From: Candidatus Hodarchaeota archaeon
Lineage (GTDB): Archaea > Asgardarchaeota > Heimdallarchaeia > Hodarchaeales > Hodarchaeaceae
Assembly: GCA_016839785.1 (NCBI GenBank)
Contig: JAEOTQ010000162.1
Coordinates: forward strand, 1-39,650
Reading direction: 5' to 3'
Length of the DNA stretch: 39,650 nt
The notes under the pieces were generated by a model. The model had not been told where the DNA came from, ran no database searches, and saw nothing but the letters and a program-made list of their open reading frames with translations. A program made the position numbers and the translations under genes. Shown in pieces: positions 27,814 through 38,100 of the stretch. How positions within the stretch are numbered: the stretch's first letter is position 1; every line of letters starts with the position of its first letter.

Positions 27814-29142
27814 ATGTATTCTAATGAAAAATCCGTTTCATCCTCTCTTGACTGGAGAAAAACCTTTCTGATAGGTTTAGGTTTTTTTACCACTGGAATC
27901 TCGTGGGCACTTTATAATAGTTATGTGCCTTTGTGGTTAAATGATCTTATCCCTGATCGCTTCGTCGTAGGCATCATTATGGGATTGGATAATCTTGCAA
28001 TGATTATTATGGAACCAATCGTAGGTTCAATTTCTGACAAAACGCATACGAGATGGGGTCGAAGGATTCCATTCTTGATGATTGGAATACCAATATCTGC
28101 AGGCTTTTTCATACTACTACCTATGTTTCGAGGAACATTACTAATCTTGATGGCTATTGTTTTTGGTTTCCTACTAATGATGGCGTTTTATCGAGCTCCA
28201 GTGGTTGCATTAATGCCAGATATTATCCCCTCAAAAAATAGGTCGAAAGCCAATGGGGTAATTAATCTAATGGGTGGTCTAGGTGCAGTGTATGCCTTCC
28301 TTTTCGGTTCAATGTTATATTCTATCGACCCCATATTCGCTTTCGGAAGTACATCTCTCATTATGATAGGTGCACTTGTTTTATTATTTTTGTACGTCAA
28401 AGAACCAGTTGTCACAATTCCAGAAAATGCAATTCCAGAATCGGCTAAAGAAGAAATCTCCGTTATTAGTAGCTTGAAAGAAGTCTTTACAGATAGCGAT
28501 AAATCATGTCTATTTGTCTTATTTGCAATCTTTTTCTGGTTCGTTGGTTATAATGCCCTTGAGACATGGTTTACTTCTTGGGCTACATCAACATTACCAC
28601 ACGTCATGGATATTGCTGCTCCTGCTACCGAAGAAGCCATTAAAAAGGCGCGTGCAGCAGCTGGTTTTATGTTAACAGTTTATGCACTTGTGTTTGTCAT
28701 CTTTGCTATTCCTGCTGGGATTTTAGGTCAGCGATTAGGAAGAGCAAGAACAATTCGAATTGGTTTACCCATTACAATTGGTTTTATCTTTGTCATCTAT
28801 TTAGTAGGACAATTCAACATCCTAACCATGGGTCCTTCCACTCAATACTATGCCATGATGATCCTTTTAGGGTGTGCTGCTTTTGGATGGGCTTTAGTTA
28901 ATATTAACTCAATAGTCATTGTCTGGGAAATAGCTACTGATGTTAAGTTGGGATCTTACACGGGTTTATATTACTTATTTAGCAGCTCAGCTGCCGTACT
29001 TGGTCCTGGAGCAGTAGGGTTAATTTTCGATGTTTTTTCTGGAGGTTCTTTTGAGTTGTTATTCCCAGCTAGCTTATTCTGTTACGTGATTGCATTTGTA
29101 ATGATGTTTGGCGTTAAATCTGGAGAAGCTAAAATTTCATAG
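27814..29142 (+). CDS. MFS transporter (SLC45/sugar-permease-like)
   Basis: About 12 TM; PIVGSISDKTHTRWGRRIPF, RAPVVALMPD, GILGQRLGR, GSYTGLYY. Confidence 0.9.
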   Translation: MYSNEKSVSSSLDWRKTFLIGLGFFTTGISWALYNSYVPLWLNDLIPDRFVVGIIMGLDNLAMIIMEPIVGSISDKTHTRWGRRIPFLMIGIPISAGFFILLPMFRGTLLILMAIVFGFLLMMAFYRAPVVALMPDIIPSKNRSKANGVINLMGGLGAVYAFLFGSMLYSIDPIFAFGSTSLIMIGALVLLFLYVKEPVVTIPENAIPESAKEEISVISSLKEVFTDSDKSCLFVLFAIFFWFVGYNALETWFTSWATSTLPHVMDIAAPATEEAIKKARAAAGFMLTVYALVFVIFAIPAGILGQRLGRARTIRIGLPITIGFIFVIYLVGQFNILTMGPSTQYYAMMILLGCAAFGWALVNINSIVIVWEIATDVKLGSYTGLYYLFSSSAAVLGPGAVGLIFDVFSGGSFELLFPASLFCYVIAFVMMFGVKSGEAKIS

Positions 29143-29146
29143 AATA

Positions 29147-29178
29147 GGGGTGTTTATCAACCCCACTTTCTTCTTTTT
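29147..29178 (+). terminator. Imperfect hairpin plus T-rich tract between convergent genes
   Basis: GGGGTG-TTTAT-CAACCCC followed by ACTTTCTTCTTTTT. Confidence 0.45.
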
Positions 29179-30163
29179 AGATCTCCACTCTTGTACCAAT
29201 ATTTTCAGCAATTGCTTTATCATAGACTAGTCTTGCTGTAGCAGCATCTTGAATAGCCAAACCAACTGATTTAAACAATGTTATCTCCTGATCATTCTCT
29301 CTACCTGGTTTTTTTCCTGTAATAATCTCACCTAATTCTCCGTAAATATGTTCTTTAGTGATATTTCCTTCAGTGATAGGTATAATAATATCTCCTGCTT
29401 CTGCGAGACACGCACTGACTTGGTCGCATACAACTTTGGAACGTAATATCGTTTCACTATCTAATTCGCGTGTACCAGGACTATGCGATCCGATTCCAGA
29501 AATATGTGTCCCAGGTTGAATCCATTTTCCATGAAAGATTGGAAGAGCAGATGTGGTTGCAGTCAAAATAATTTCAGAACTTTTGATGATATCCTCAGCC
29601 GACGTAGCGACCTCTACTGGAATCTGTAGTTTTTTTGTCATCTTTTGTGCAAAATCTTCAGCTACCTCTTTACGAACGTCAAAGACTTTGCCTTTTGTAA
29701 TAGAGGGTCGTGCCACACAAGAAGCCCAAAGCTGGGTCATCCCTTGTACTCCTGTACCAAATAAACCTACAGTTTCTGCTTCTTTTTTAGCTAAATACTC
29801 AATAGCGCATCCAGAAACAGCTCCTGTTCGCATTGCTGTTAAATAACCTCCATCCATAATACAGATGACATCACCTGTATCAATATCCTGTAAAAGTACT
29901 TTTCCCAACGTTGTAGGGAGGTTATAAGATTTAGGATTTTCTTTAAAAACAGTAACAACCTTAACAGCAAGTGATTTTGATTGTGGGAGATAAGCAGGCA
30001 TATAAAGGCTTAAACCCTTCGTGCTCGAGATAACAATCCGTTGAGGAAGGATTGCAGCTCCATCTGAAAGCTGACTAAACGCGGTTTTCATCGCTTTGAT
30101 GGTATCTTTCATATCCAAAACAGTTTCTACCTGTTTTCTATTCAACAATAATACATTGCTCAT
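29177..30163 (-). CDS. Ornithine cyclodeaminase/mu-crystallin family enzyme (ornithine cyclodeaminase or archaeal-type alanine dehydrogenase)
   Basis: MPAY, VKVVTVF, LTAMRTGA, GTGVQG, ATTS, GTHISGIG, EAGD, FKSVGLAIQD. Confidence 0.9.
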   Translation of the reverse strand: MSNVLLLNRKQVETVLDMKDTIKAMKTAFSQLSDGAAILPQRIVISSTKGLSLYMPAYLPQSKSLAVKVVTVFKENPKSYNLPTTLGKVLLQDIDTGDVICIMDGGYLTAMRTGAVSGCAIEYLAKKEAETVGLFGTGVQGMTQLWASCVARPSITKGKVFDVRKEVAEDFAQKMTKKLQIPVEVATSAEDIIKSSEIILTATTSALPIFHGKWIQPGTHISGIGSHSPGTRELDSETILRSKVVCDQVSACLAEAGDIIIPITEGNITKEHIYGELGEIITGKKPGRENDQEITLFKSVGLAIQDAATARLVYDKAIAENIGTRVEI

Positions 30164-30324
30164 TTTCCTAACTCACTTTTCTTTACTTCAGTGAAATCTA
30201 TTTCTCATTAATGTCCGCCTAAGTAACCCCATTTCTTAAAAAAGTCTTTTCAAAGTTTCATTAATCAAATCTAAAAATTCAAATACTGTAAATATATGTG
30301 CGTACTTACGTTGTCAAATTAGTG

Positions 30325-30338
30325 AGAAAACGCTTAAG
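30325..30338 (+). promoter_or_regulatory. Candidate BRE/TATA promoter for the GTPase gene
   Basis: AGAAAACGCTTAAG in the divergent intergenic region. Confidence 0.4.
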
Positions 30339-30444
30339 ATTGAAATTAACAATACTGATTCACTGGATATTCGGAGGATATTACTAGAAAGACATAATAA
30401 GTTTTATTCTTAATTTTATCCATAGATAGTAGGAAGAGTGACGA

Positions 30445-31068
30445 GTGACCGTTTTAAAAATCGTATTAATTGGAGATGGAGGCGTAGGAAAAACAGCTAT
30501 TCGAGAGCGGTACCTAGGTAAAGGTTTTAAATCACAATACCTCCTCACAATCGGTGCAGATTTCGCTATGAGGGACGATATGATTGATGGCGCTGGTATC
30601 CGTTATCAAATTTGGGATTTAGCAGGACAACAACGATTTGATGCGGTTAGAGAGGTTTACTATAAAGGATGTGTCGGTGCACTCCTAGTCTATGATGTAA
30701 CTCGTCCTGATTCATATTTCAACACACCTAAGTGGATTAACGAGCTCTGGGCGAACAACGGGAGAGGTCGTGTTCCTATAGTTGTGGTTGCAAACAAAAT
30801 CGACATGAGAGAGTTATCTGATGACACAGTTTCACCAGAACAGGGTCGTGTGTTTACAAATCGTCTATCAAATCTCACAAAAGCCGAAGGGTTCGAATGC
30901 CACTATATAGAGACCTCAGCAAAATCAGGTGTCAATATTCAGAACGCATTTGGCCTTCTTGGTACGAATGTCATGAGATTTGTAGAAAATCAACGAAAAA
31001 CTAGCCGAATAACAAGCCGTCTAAAATCCACACCCCAAAGAACAGCTCCAGAACAGAGACAAGTTTGA
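30445..31068 (+). CDS. Rab-like small GTPase
   Basis: G1 GDGGVGKT, G2 TIGADF, G3 IWDLAGQQRF, YYKG, LVYDVT, G4 NKID, G5 ETSAK. Confidence 0.95.
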   Translation: MTVLKIVLIGDGGVGKTAIRERYLGKGFKSQYLLTIGADFAMRDDMIDGAGIRYQIWDLAGQQRFDAVREVYYKGCVGALLVYDVTRPDSYFNTPKWINELWANNGRGRVPIVVVANKIDMRELSDDTVSPEQGRVFTNRLSNLTKAEGFECHYIETSAKSGVNIQNAFGLLGTNVMRFVENQRKTSRITSRLKSTPQRTAPEQRQV

Positions 31069-31091
31069 ATCCTCTAAAGCTTTTTTTCTTT

Positions 31092-31799
31092 TTAAAAGAG
31101 AGAACGGAAATAAACAAGTATTTGCTTCATCCCAATTTTTGATTCTCCTGCTGTTCGAGTTTGAAATTCATAATAAAACTCACCTATTTGTGTATCTCGT
31201 GGCAAAACCTTTAGTATATCAAATAAGAGTTTATACCCTCGTGGGGAGATAGTTTCTGGATGATTCCGAATTATTGTACTAACAAATTCTGTTTCTCCTC
31301 CGAAAAAACCACTCATAATATCTTTAGGTCTAGTCCGTCGTCGTAAGAACAAACTAATCTTTCCCAACGTTGTTGCCCCCCATGAGATAATTTTTCTTTT
31401 TAGACCCCAGCCTTCCACACTTGTCCGTGTCCCGATAATCAGTTTATTATCTGATTTGAAAAGTTCTATTCCTTCACCGATCTTGTCGGGAGGATGTTGA
31501 AAATCAGAATCTATTACAATAAAATATTGAGTCTTAGTAATCTCTAAGGCATCAATAAGGGATATTGTTAATCCTTTAACCTCTTCGTCTTTACGATCGA
31601 GTAAGCGTATTTTTTCATTCTTTGCATGAAAATCGGAAACAATAGTCCCTGTTTTATCCTTAGATCCATCATCAGCGACAATAACAGAGATCCTTGGATA
31701 TAAACTTAATAATTGAGTAATCATATTATGAATATTCTTTTCCTCATTCAAAGTTGGGATAATAATGGTTGTTTCGCTTACAGGGTTTGTAGTACTCAT
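31092..31799 (-). CDS. GT2 glycosyltransferase, polyprenol-phosphate mannose synthase (DPM1-like)
   Basis: IIIPTLNE, ADDGSKDKT, DSDFQHPP, DIMSGFF, RGYK, R.AGESK; no TM tail. Confidence 0.88.
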   Translation of the reverse strand: MSTTNPVSETTIIIPTLNEEKNIHNMITQLLSLYPRISVIVADDGSKDKTGTIVSDFHAKNEKIRLLDRKDEEVKGLTISLIDALEITKTQYFIVIDSDFQHPPDKIGEGIELFKSDNKLIIGTRTSVEGWGLKRKIISWGATTLGKISLFLRRRTRPKDIMSGFFGGETEFVSTIIRNHPETISPRGYKLLFDILKVLPRDTQIGEFYYEFQTRTAGESKIGMKQILVYFRSLF

Positions 31800-31915
31800 A
31801 TAGACCACTGATAGAATCGGAGTTCTATGGGCTTTTTACTTTTCTTGAATATCGATTATTTTAAGAGTCTTCACCACAGTGAATCTATTAGTCAAATTCT
31901 ATACATGTGATTCAC

Positions 31916-32341
31916 ATGAGTCTACGAGAACTACTTGATAATTTCGCTGTAGGGTTTTCTGTTGCAGGTATATTTATCCAAACACCTCAGGAGCTCTTCC
32001 CCGTGGTTCAAAAAAATCCTAATTTTTATCTGGCGATTAAACGAATTCCAATCCTTGAGGAAGGATTCTTGGAGATTAATATTGGTAGCGAAAAGTTTGG
32101 ACTCCTTGTAAATATATTGAATGAGCAATTGAAACTATTAATAGTATCAAATTTGAAAAATATCAATGAAATCCAAGCCCATTGGAAACGATTTGGTCCT
32201 GTCATTCGTGAGAAAGTCCAAATTGACGATTTTATTATGCAAGAAAGCATTGAAACACGATTATTTAATCGTCTGGAAGATATTCGAATATCGTTTAAAT
32301 ATGCGTTAATTGATTTTAAGGAGAAGACTAAAGTTGGCTGA
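31916..32341 (+). CDS. Hypothetical protein, possibly roadblock/MglB-like
   Basis: Apparent order alpha-beta-beta-alpha-beta-beta-beta-alpha (LRELLDNF, AGIFIQT, FLEINIG, FGLLVNI, LKLLIVS, INEIQAHW); fold call tentative; GTG 31907 is an alternative start. Confidence 0.5.
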   Translation: MSLRELLDNFAVGFSVAGIFIQTPQELFPVVQKNPNFYLAIKRIPILEEGFLEINIGSEKFGLLVNILNEQLKLLIVSNLKNINEIQAHWKRFGPVIREKVQIDDFIMQESIETRLFNRLEDIRISFKYALIDFKEKTKVG

Positions 32342-33557
32342 AGAAGGAAATTTGCAATCAAATCCTGAAGACCTAGAGTTAGCTCAAAGGATTTTGGAGT
32401 TAACGACTTATTTACAAAAAAATTCCGAAATAATTGAAGATTTAAATTCTAAAGTATTAAAATTAGAATCTAAATCTCAGGATCTCGATATAGAGCTCGG
32501 TAAAAAAATGAACGAGTTTAAAGACAATTTTAATTCAGAAATATCGCAGATCCAAGAGGATTTCTCTTCCAAAATTCAATCTCTAAAAGACACTGTGGAT
32601 TCGCAAGAAAGTAATTTTTCTTCAGAGACAAAAACTCTTACAGAAGTTATCGAAACACAAGAAAATCATTTTAATGACAAAATCTCTTCGCAAACACAGC
32701 ATCAAGAGAATTTGAAAGCCTCTCTAACTGATCACGATGAGAAAATTGAACAGCTATCTGTAAAAATGACGGAAGGATTCTCTGAGACTGCTAATCAACT
32801 TGAAAAAAGCGAATCTAATCTAAAATCGTCTCTTTCTGCTTTAGGAGAGCTAGTTCGTACTCAATTCGAAACTGTTACGACTAGCACAACTACTTTAGAG
32901 ACCAGTGTTGAATCACTTAATAATCTTACTCAAATCCATACAGAAGCATTCAGTAATGTAAGGGAGAGCCTGTTAAGTTTCAAGGAAAAACTCCAAGAAA
33001 TAATCTCCTTATCAAAAAAAGACCAACAATCTCACTTTGAAAACTTCTCCAGAATGTTGGAGAGTTTTAATGAAAATATTAGGACTGAAATTACTCTAAC
33101 AACGCAAAATCTTAAAGAATCCGACATACAAATTCTGAATGAGGTTTCAGAGCACTACACGAGGAAAAAAGTAGGCGATGACCTTCAACAAGCTTTTACG
33201 AGCTTTAGCGAAGAAATCCAGACTCAAATGTCTCGTTCAAGGGAAGATTTGACCCTTAATCTACAAAATTCAATGAAAGAATACGAGATGATTATTGAAA
33301 CTCAATCTAAGAGTATACAAACATATAAAGAGGAACTCGAAAGAGTCCAGAGTGAAATTCAGGCAGTCATTGATCGGAAAGTTAACGAAAAATATGAGGT
33401 TGTATTCTCTTTGCTTTCAACTGTCGCTTTGCATGCGGAAGAACTTTCTATGCTTATTAAAACCGCAGAAATCTATTTGCCAAAAGAAATTTCTTCAACG
33501 GATAAAATTGAACCCGTTAAGAAATCTGATAACTTGAATCCAGATGCTACATCCTGA
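32334..33557 (+). CDS. Long coiled-coil protein (~400 aa)
   Basis: Glu/Gln/Ser/Leu-rich, Pro-free over ~370 aa; TTG 32334 has AAGGAG 10 nt upstream and overlaps the previous gene by 8 bp. Confidence 0.8.
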   Translation: MAEEGNLQSNPEDLELAQRILELTTYLQKNSEIIEDLNSKVLKLESKSQDLDIELGKKMNEFKDNFNSEISQIQEDFSSKIQSLKDTVDSQESNFSSETKTLTEVIETQENHFNDKISSQTQHQENLKASLTDHDEKIEQLSVKMTEGFSETANQLEKSESNLKSSLSALGELVRTQFETVTTSTTTLETSVESLNNLTQIHTEAFSNVRESLLSFKEKLQEIISLSKKDQQSHFENFSRMLESFNENIRTEITLTTQNLKESDIQILNEVSEHYTRKKVGDDLQQAFTSFSEEIQTQMSRSREDLTLNLQNSMKEYEMIIETQSKSIQTYKEELERVQSEIQAVIDRKVNEKYEVVFSLLSTVALHAEELSMLIKTAEIYLPKEISSTDKIEPVKKSDNLNPDATS

Positions 33558-33727
33558 TTTTAGGTTCAAGATTGATGATAAAACGTTTCTAGCACAAAAC
33601 ATTCTTTAACAGTAAAAGGCTAATTGAGAAGATTTAAATGAAACTTTACTGAATGGACTAATTGTAGATAATTAACAAAACTCGAAACCAATTCAAAAAG
33701 ATTTTACTATCGGAATGGGAATACTGG

Positions 33728-34252
33728 GTGTCACAAAATAAATCAGTCAAAGTGGTAATCGCAGGAGAAAAACGTGTGGGGAAATCATCACTTGTACATC
33801 GATTTATTCATGAAAAATTCCCTTTGAAAGATCTTTACTCTACTGTAGGTTTTGATTTCACTGTAAAGAGTATATCGTTAGAAAATGGTGATATCATAGA
33901 TGTTCATCTTTTCGACTTCGGTGGAGAGCCGCGTTTTCAGATGATCTTTCCTCAGTATGCTTCTGATTGCGATGGATTAATACTTGCATTTGACCCCTCA
34001 CGAGAACAGACCTTTAGTGCCCTCCATGAATGGATAAAAGTATATGGTCGAGAAAAAGAGAGTATAAATTTCCTTGTCTCCACAAAAGCCGATCTTGGAG
34101 TATCTATCTCTCCAGTTGAGATTAATGAGTTCAGAAATCACTACAATATTGATGAGTATTTTACAACTAGTGCCATTACAGGAAAAAACACCCAAGAACT
34201 CCTTCATAAACTTGTAACTCGTATTCTAGAAAAAGATAAAGACAAAGCATAA
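33728..34252 (+). CDS. Rab-like small GTPase, divergent
   Basis: G1 GEKRVGKS, TVGFDF, G3 FDFGGEPRF, G4 TKAD, G5 TSAI. Confidence 0.9.
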   Translation: MSQNKSVKVVIAGEKRVGKSSLVHRFIHEKFPLKDLYSTVGFDFTVKSISLENGDIIDVHLFDFGGEPRFQMIFPQYASDCDGLILAFDPSREQTFSALHEWIKVYGREKESINFLVSTKADLGVSISPVEINEFRNHYNIDEYFTTSAITGKNTQELLHKLVTRILEKDKDKA

Positions 34253-34276
34253 TCATTACTTGGAAATGACTGGCTA

Positions 34277-34831
34277 ATGACTGGTACTAAGTTTCAGTTT
34301 ACTCCCGATGTATTAACTGTTAAAGTTGTTGTAGCTGGGCCTGGAGGTGTGGGGAAAACTACTCTACTCAAACGCCTTGAGACAAATAATTACATTCCTG
34401 CAATAAGTACTATAGGAGTAAACTTTCTGGTTTTAGACCATGAAATAGGGGAAACTATTCTGAGAATAGCTTATTGGGATTATGCGGGTGAAAATCGTTT
34501 TAAATCACTTTTTCCTGGTTATTGTCAAGGATCTTCAGGGGGGATTGTAGCTTTTGATACTTCACGTATTCAAACACTTTCAGAAGTTCCTGAATGGCTT
34601 AAAATGATGAGAGAGCACAATGATCCTGATCTTCCAATTATTCTATTAGGGAATAAGATAGATACGATTGGAGAGGATAAAAGAAAAATTATCGCTGAAG
34701 CCTCAGAGAGATTTGTTAAAGATTATGGATTATCAGGCTATTATTTTTGTTCTGCAAAATCAGGTGAAGGGATTAGTTCACCTTTTTCTCACTTGGGGAT
34801 CTTACTTGTTGAGCGAGAGAAAAAATGGTAG
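34277..34831 (+). CDS. Rab-like small GTPase
   Basis: G1 GPGGVGKT, TIGVNF, G3 WDYAGENRF, G4 NKID, G5 CSAK. Confidence 0.92.
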   Translation: MTGTKFQFTPDVLTVKVVVAGPGGVGKTTLLKRLETNNYIPAISTIGVNFLVLDHEIGETILRIAYWDYAGENRFKSLFPGYCQGSSGGIVAFDTSRIQTLSEVPEWLKMMREHNDPDLPIILLGNKIDTIGEDKRKIIAEASERFVKDYGLSGYYFCSAKSGEGISSPFSHLGILLVEREKKW

Positions 34832-35161
34832 AGTATAGATTTCACCCATAGTGTTTATGTTTTTATTCACAAGTCTACGAATATTATTCGAGATACCTGA
34901 ATTGACTTTAATATGCAAGTACTCAATTACTATTAACTTTCCATATTTGTTTTCTTTCAAAACAACTCTAACCAAATTCTTTCATTCCAATGATAATACC
35001 TTAATCCATAGAACCAGTAATGACTCATTTGAATACCTTTTTAATAGACATTTCAATCGAAGTCATTGAAAGGAATGAAGTTTTATTAGGAAGGGCTTTA
35101 ATTCAAGTAATCAATCTGCTAATATTGCACTTCTTTTAATCTCTTAATAGGGGCCCGACGT

Positions 35162-38100
35162 TTGGTACATATCAAAGAAATTAGGATGACCGGTTGGAAA
35201 TCATATGGACCTGGTACCGTCCGAATGCCCCTTGCCAAAGGATTTACTGTTATTGTTGGGCCAAACGGGAGTGGAAAATCTAATTCAATAGATGCGGTCA
35301 ATTTTTGTCTTGGCGCTCTTTCTAAAAAAAGTATGCGAGCAGATAAGATGGTAGGACTTATCTATAATGGAATTGGGGGTAAAAAAAAGTCAGAAAAGGC
35401 ATTTATTGAAATTGTCTTTGACAATAGTGATTTTGCTATTCCTATCAGAGAATCAGAGGTAATCGTAAGTCGAGAACTTAAAACAAATGGTTCAGGTACA
35501 TACAGACTAAATGGAAAACGAACAACACGAACAGACATTTTGGATAAACTGAGAATAGCGGGTATCGATGTCATAAATAGCTATAATATAATTGCTCAAG
35601 GTCAAGTTGGGGAGATTGTGGGAATGAATCCCATTGAACGTCGACAGATGATGGAAAATCTTGCAGGTGTTGGACAATTCGATACAAAAAAGCATTCCGC
35701 CCTTTCAGAGCTAGAAGAAGCCAATAAGCGAATGGACGAATTACAACTTCTGGTTGGTGAAGTTGCGAAGCGTGTTGAATCACTGCGTAAAGAAAAGGAA
35801 GATGCTGAAAGGTGGAGTCAACTTGATACGGAGATCTTGAATCTCAAAGCTCTATTGATTTCATACTCTTTTCATAATAATAATCGTGCTTTAGTGAAAT
35901 TCGATGAAGATATTGCTTCTATCCGAAGCACCCAAGAAAACATTATATCAGAGCGTTCTCAAATTGATACTAATGTGGAAGAAGTTTCTGAGAAAATTAG
36001 AACTCTTGAAGACTCTTTAATTCGTGTTGAGACCTCTCTGAAAGAAATCAGATCATCAGCTGAAGAAAAGAATATCGAGAAAACTAAGGTTCAAGAAAAA
36101 TCTGAATATAACAAAAAGACCATTAAGTCTAATGAAAACCGTGTAAAGCAATTAGAATCTCGCTCTGAAGAAATTCAAAAGAAAATTCAAGATGATAGCC
36201 AAACCAAAGCCGAATTACATATCAAAAAAGAAGAATTAGTTAACAGGATAGAGCAAATCCAAAGTGATCGTACCTCTCTTGAAGAAGAGCTAGAATTAAA
36301 AAATCAAGAATATGATGAAATTAAAGCTGAGTTTGAGGATTCCGAAAGACGGCAAAAAATTGAGAATGATCGATTGACAAAAACTCAGGTGTCCTTTGAA
36401 GTATCTCAAAATATGGTTGATGCATTTCAAAATAATGTTGATGAATATCAACGACGGCAATCAGAAGCAGAAGAACAAATAGATTCAGCTGAATTGAAAG
36501 CTAAACAACTGAAAGTTCAAATAGAAGAAGAAAGTAATCAGCAAACGGAAGCTTCTGTAAAATTGGAGGAACTACAGACTAAAAAAGATAACTTAGAGAT
36601 ACAAATTGAGGAAATTGAAGGAAACGTAAGAGAACTAAGCGATAAACAACTAGTTCTCAAGGCAAAAATTGAGACTATTTCATCTTTTGTAAAATCAGAA
36701 GCAGGGAGAGAAAATCCAGCCGTATCCTACATTAATGGAAAGAAAAACGAGGCAAGTATTTCAGGAATTCTTGGTGAATTCCAAAATTTATCTGAAGAAG
36801 GTGTGAATCTCCCCCCGGAAGTTGGTCATCTTTCTGATGCTATTATTACAGATACAATCGAGTCTAGCTTAAAGTGCATTAATCTCCTGAAAGAACATTC
36901 GATAGGAGCAGCAAATTTTATCCCTCTTGAAAAATTCAAATTGAAAACAACTGATAATTTCTCAAATATTGTTAAAAAAATTCGAGAACAAAATCAAGTC
37001 GTTTCCTCTTTAGACGAAGCTGCCAATCTTTGGAAGAAACATGGCTCAACGCTCTCCACCGCTGACGGTGACATTTTTTACTCAAACGGAATAATCTTTG
37101 GAGGATTTCATCTCTTATCAGCCCAAGCGTCTGTTGACTCTTTGAAATCAGAGATGGAACAAATTACTAGCGAACTTGGCGAATATAAATCGAGATTTAC
37201 TCAAGAAAAGGAGAACCAGAAAAAGCTCCTGGGAATAGAGAAAGTAGTAGTTTCCTCAATAGAAAAACTGCAAAAGAGTATACAAGGAGCTACTCTTCAA
37301 TTAAATCAACAAGAAAGCGAAATCAAGTTATATTCAGAGAACCAGCAAAGTATTGAAGGGGAACTTGACCCACTGAAACAAAAACTTGAAGAACGACTTA
37401 TTAACCGAGATAAACAAAAAGAAGAGATGGATCACCACGAGCAGAACCTTGAAGTTATAGGGGAAGAAGTAAAGAATATTGGAGAACGTCTTGAAGCTGC
37501 AGATACGAGGCCTTTGTTAGAAAAGATGAATCAAATTGAACAAAGATTAGGAAAATCTCAAGGTCAACTAAGTGGAATAGACTCACGCATTGAGAGCTTG
37601 GAGACCCAAAAGGAAGAGAGAGATGCACGATTATCAGAAACAAAGAATGAAATTAATACAATAAAGGTTGAAACGGCCAATCTGGAAGGAGAAATCCAAG
37701 TTCTGGGTGAGCAAGTTGATCAATTTAATGCAGATCTTGAAGAGTTACTCGAGAATGAAGAATCTCTTCTAACAGAAATAAAAGATTATAAATCTGATCT
37801 TTCTACTCAAAAGAAATATCAAGGACAATTAATCAAAGATAAAGAACGATTGAACGAAAAAATAACAAAAGACGAAGAAAAAGTTACTGAAATTAAATTA
37901 CAGCGAGAAAGAATTGCTGTAGAAACAGAAAAATTACAAAGTGAAGCAGTAGAAGCACAGATAGAAATTATACCTGCCGATGCTGAAGAATTAGAAAAAA
38001 TTAACGAACAAAAAATAAATTCAGAAATTAATCGAAAATCAGAGGAGAAAAAGAGATTAGAACCCGTCAACATGCGCGCTTTGAAGGAATTCCAATCTGA

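Noticed and set aside
34851-35069. 72-aa ORF between the GTPases and smc
   Set aside because: GTG start and Phe/Asn/Thr-rich composition typical of AT-rich intergenic DNA; probably the smc promoter region
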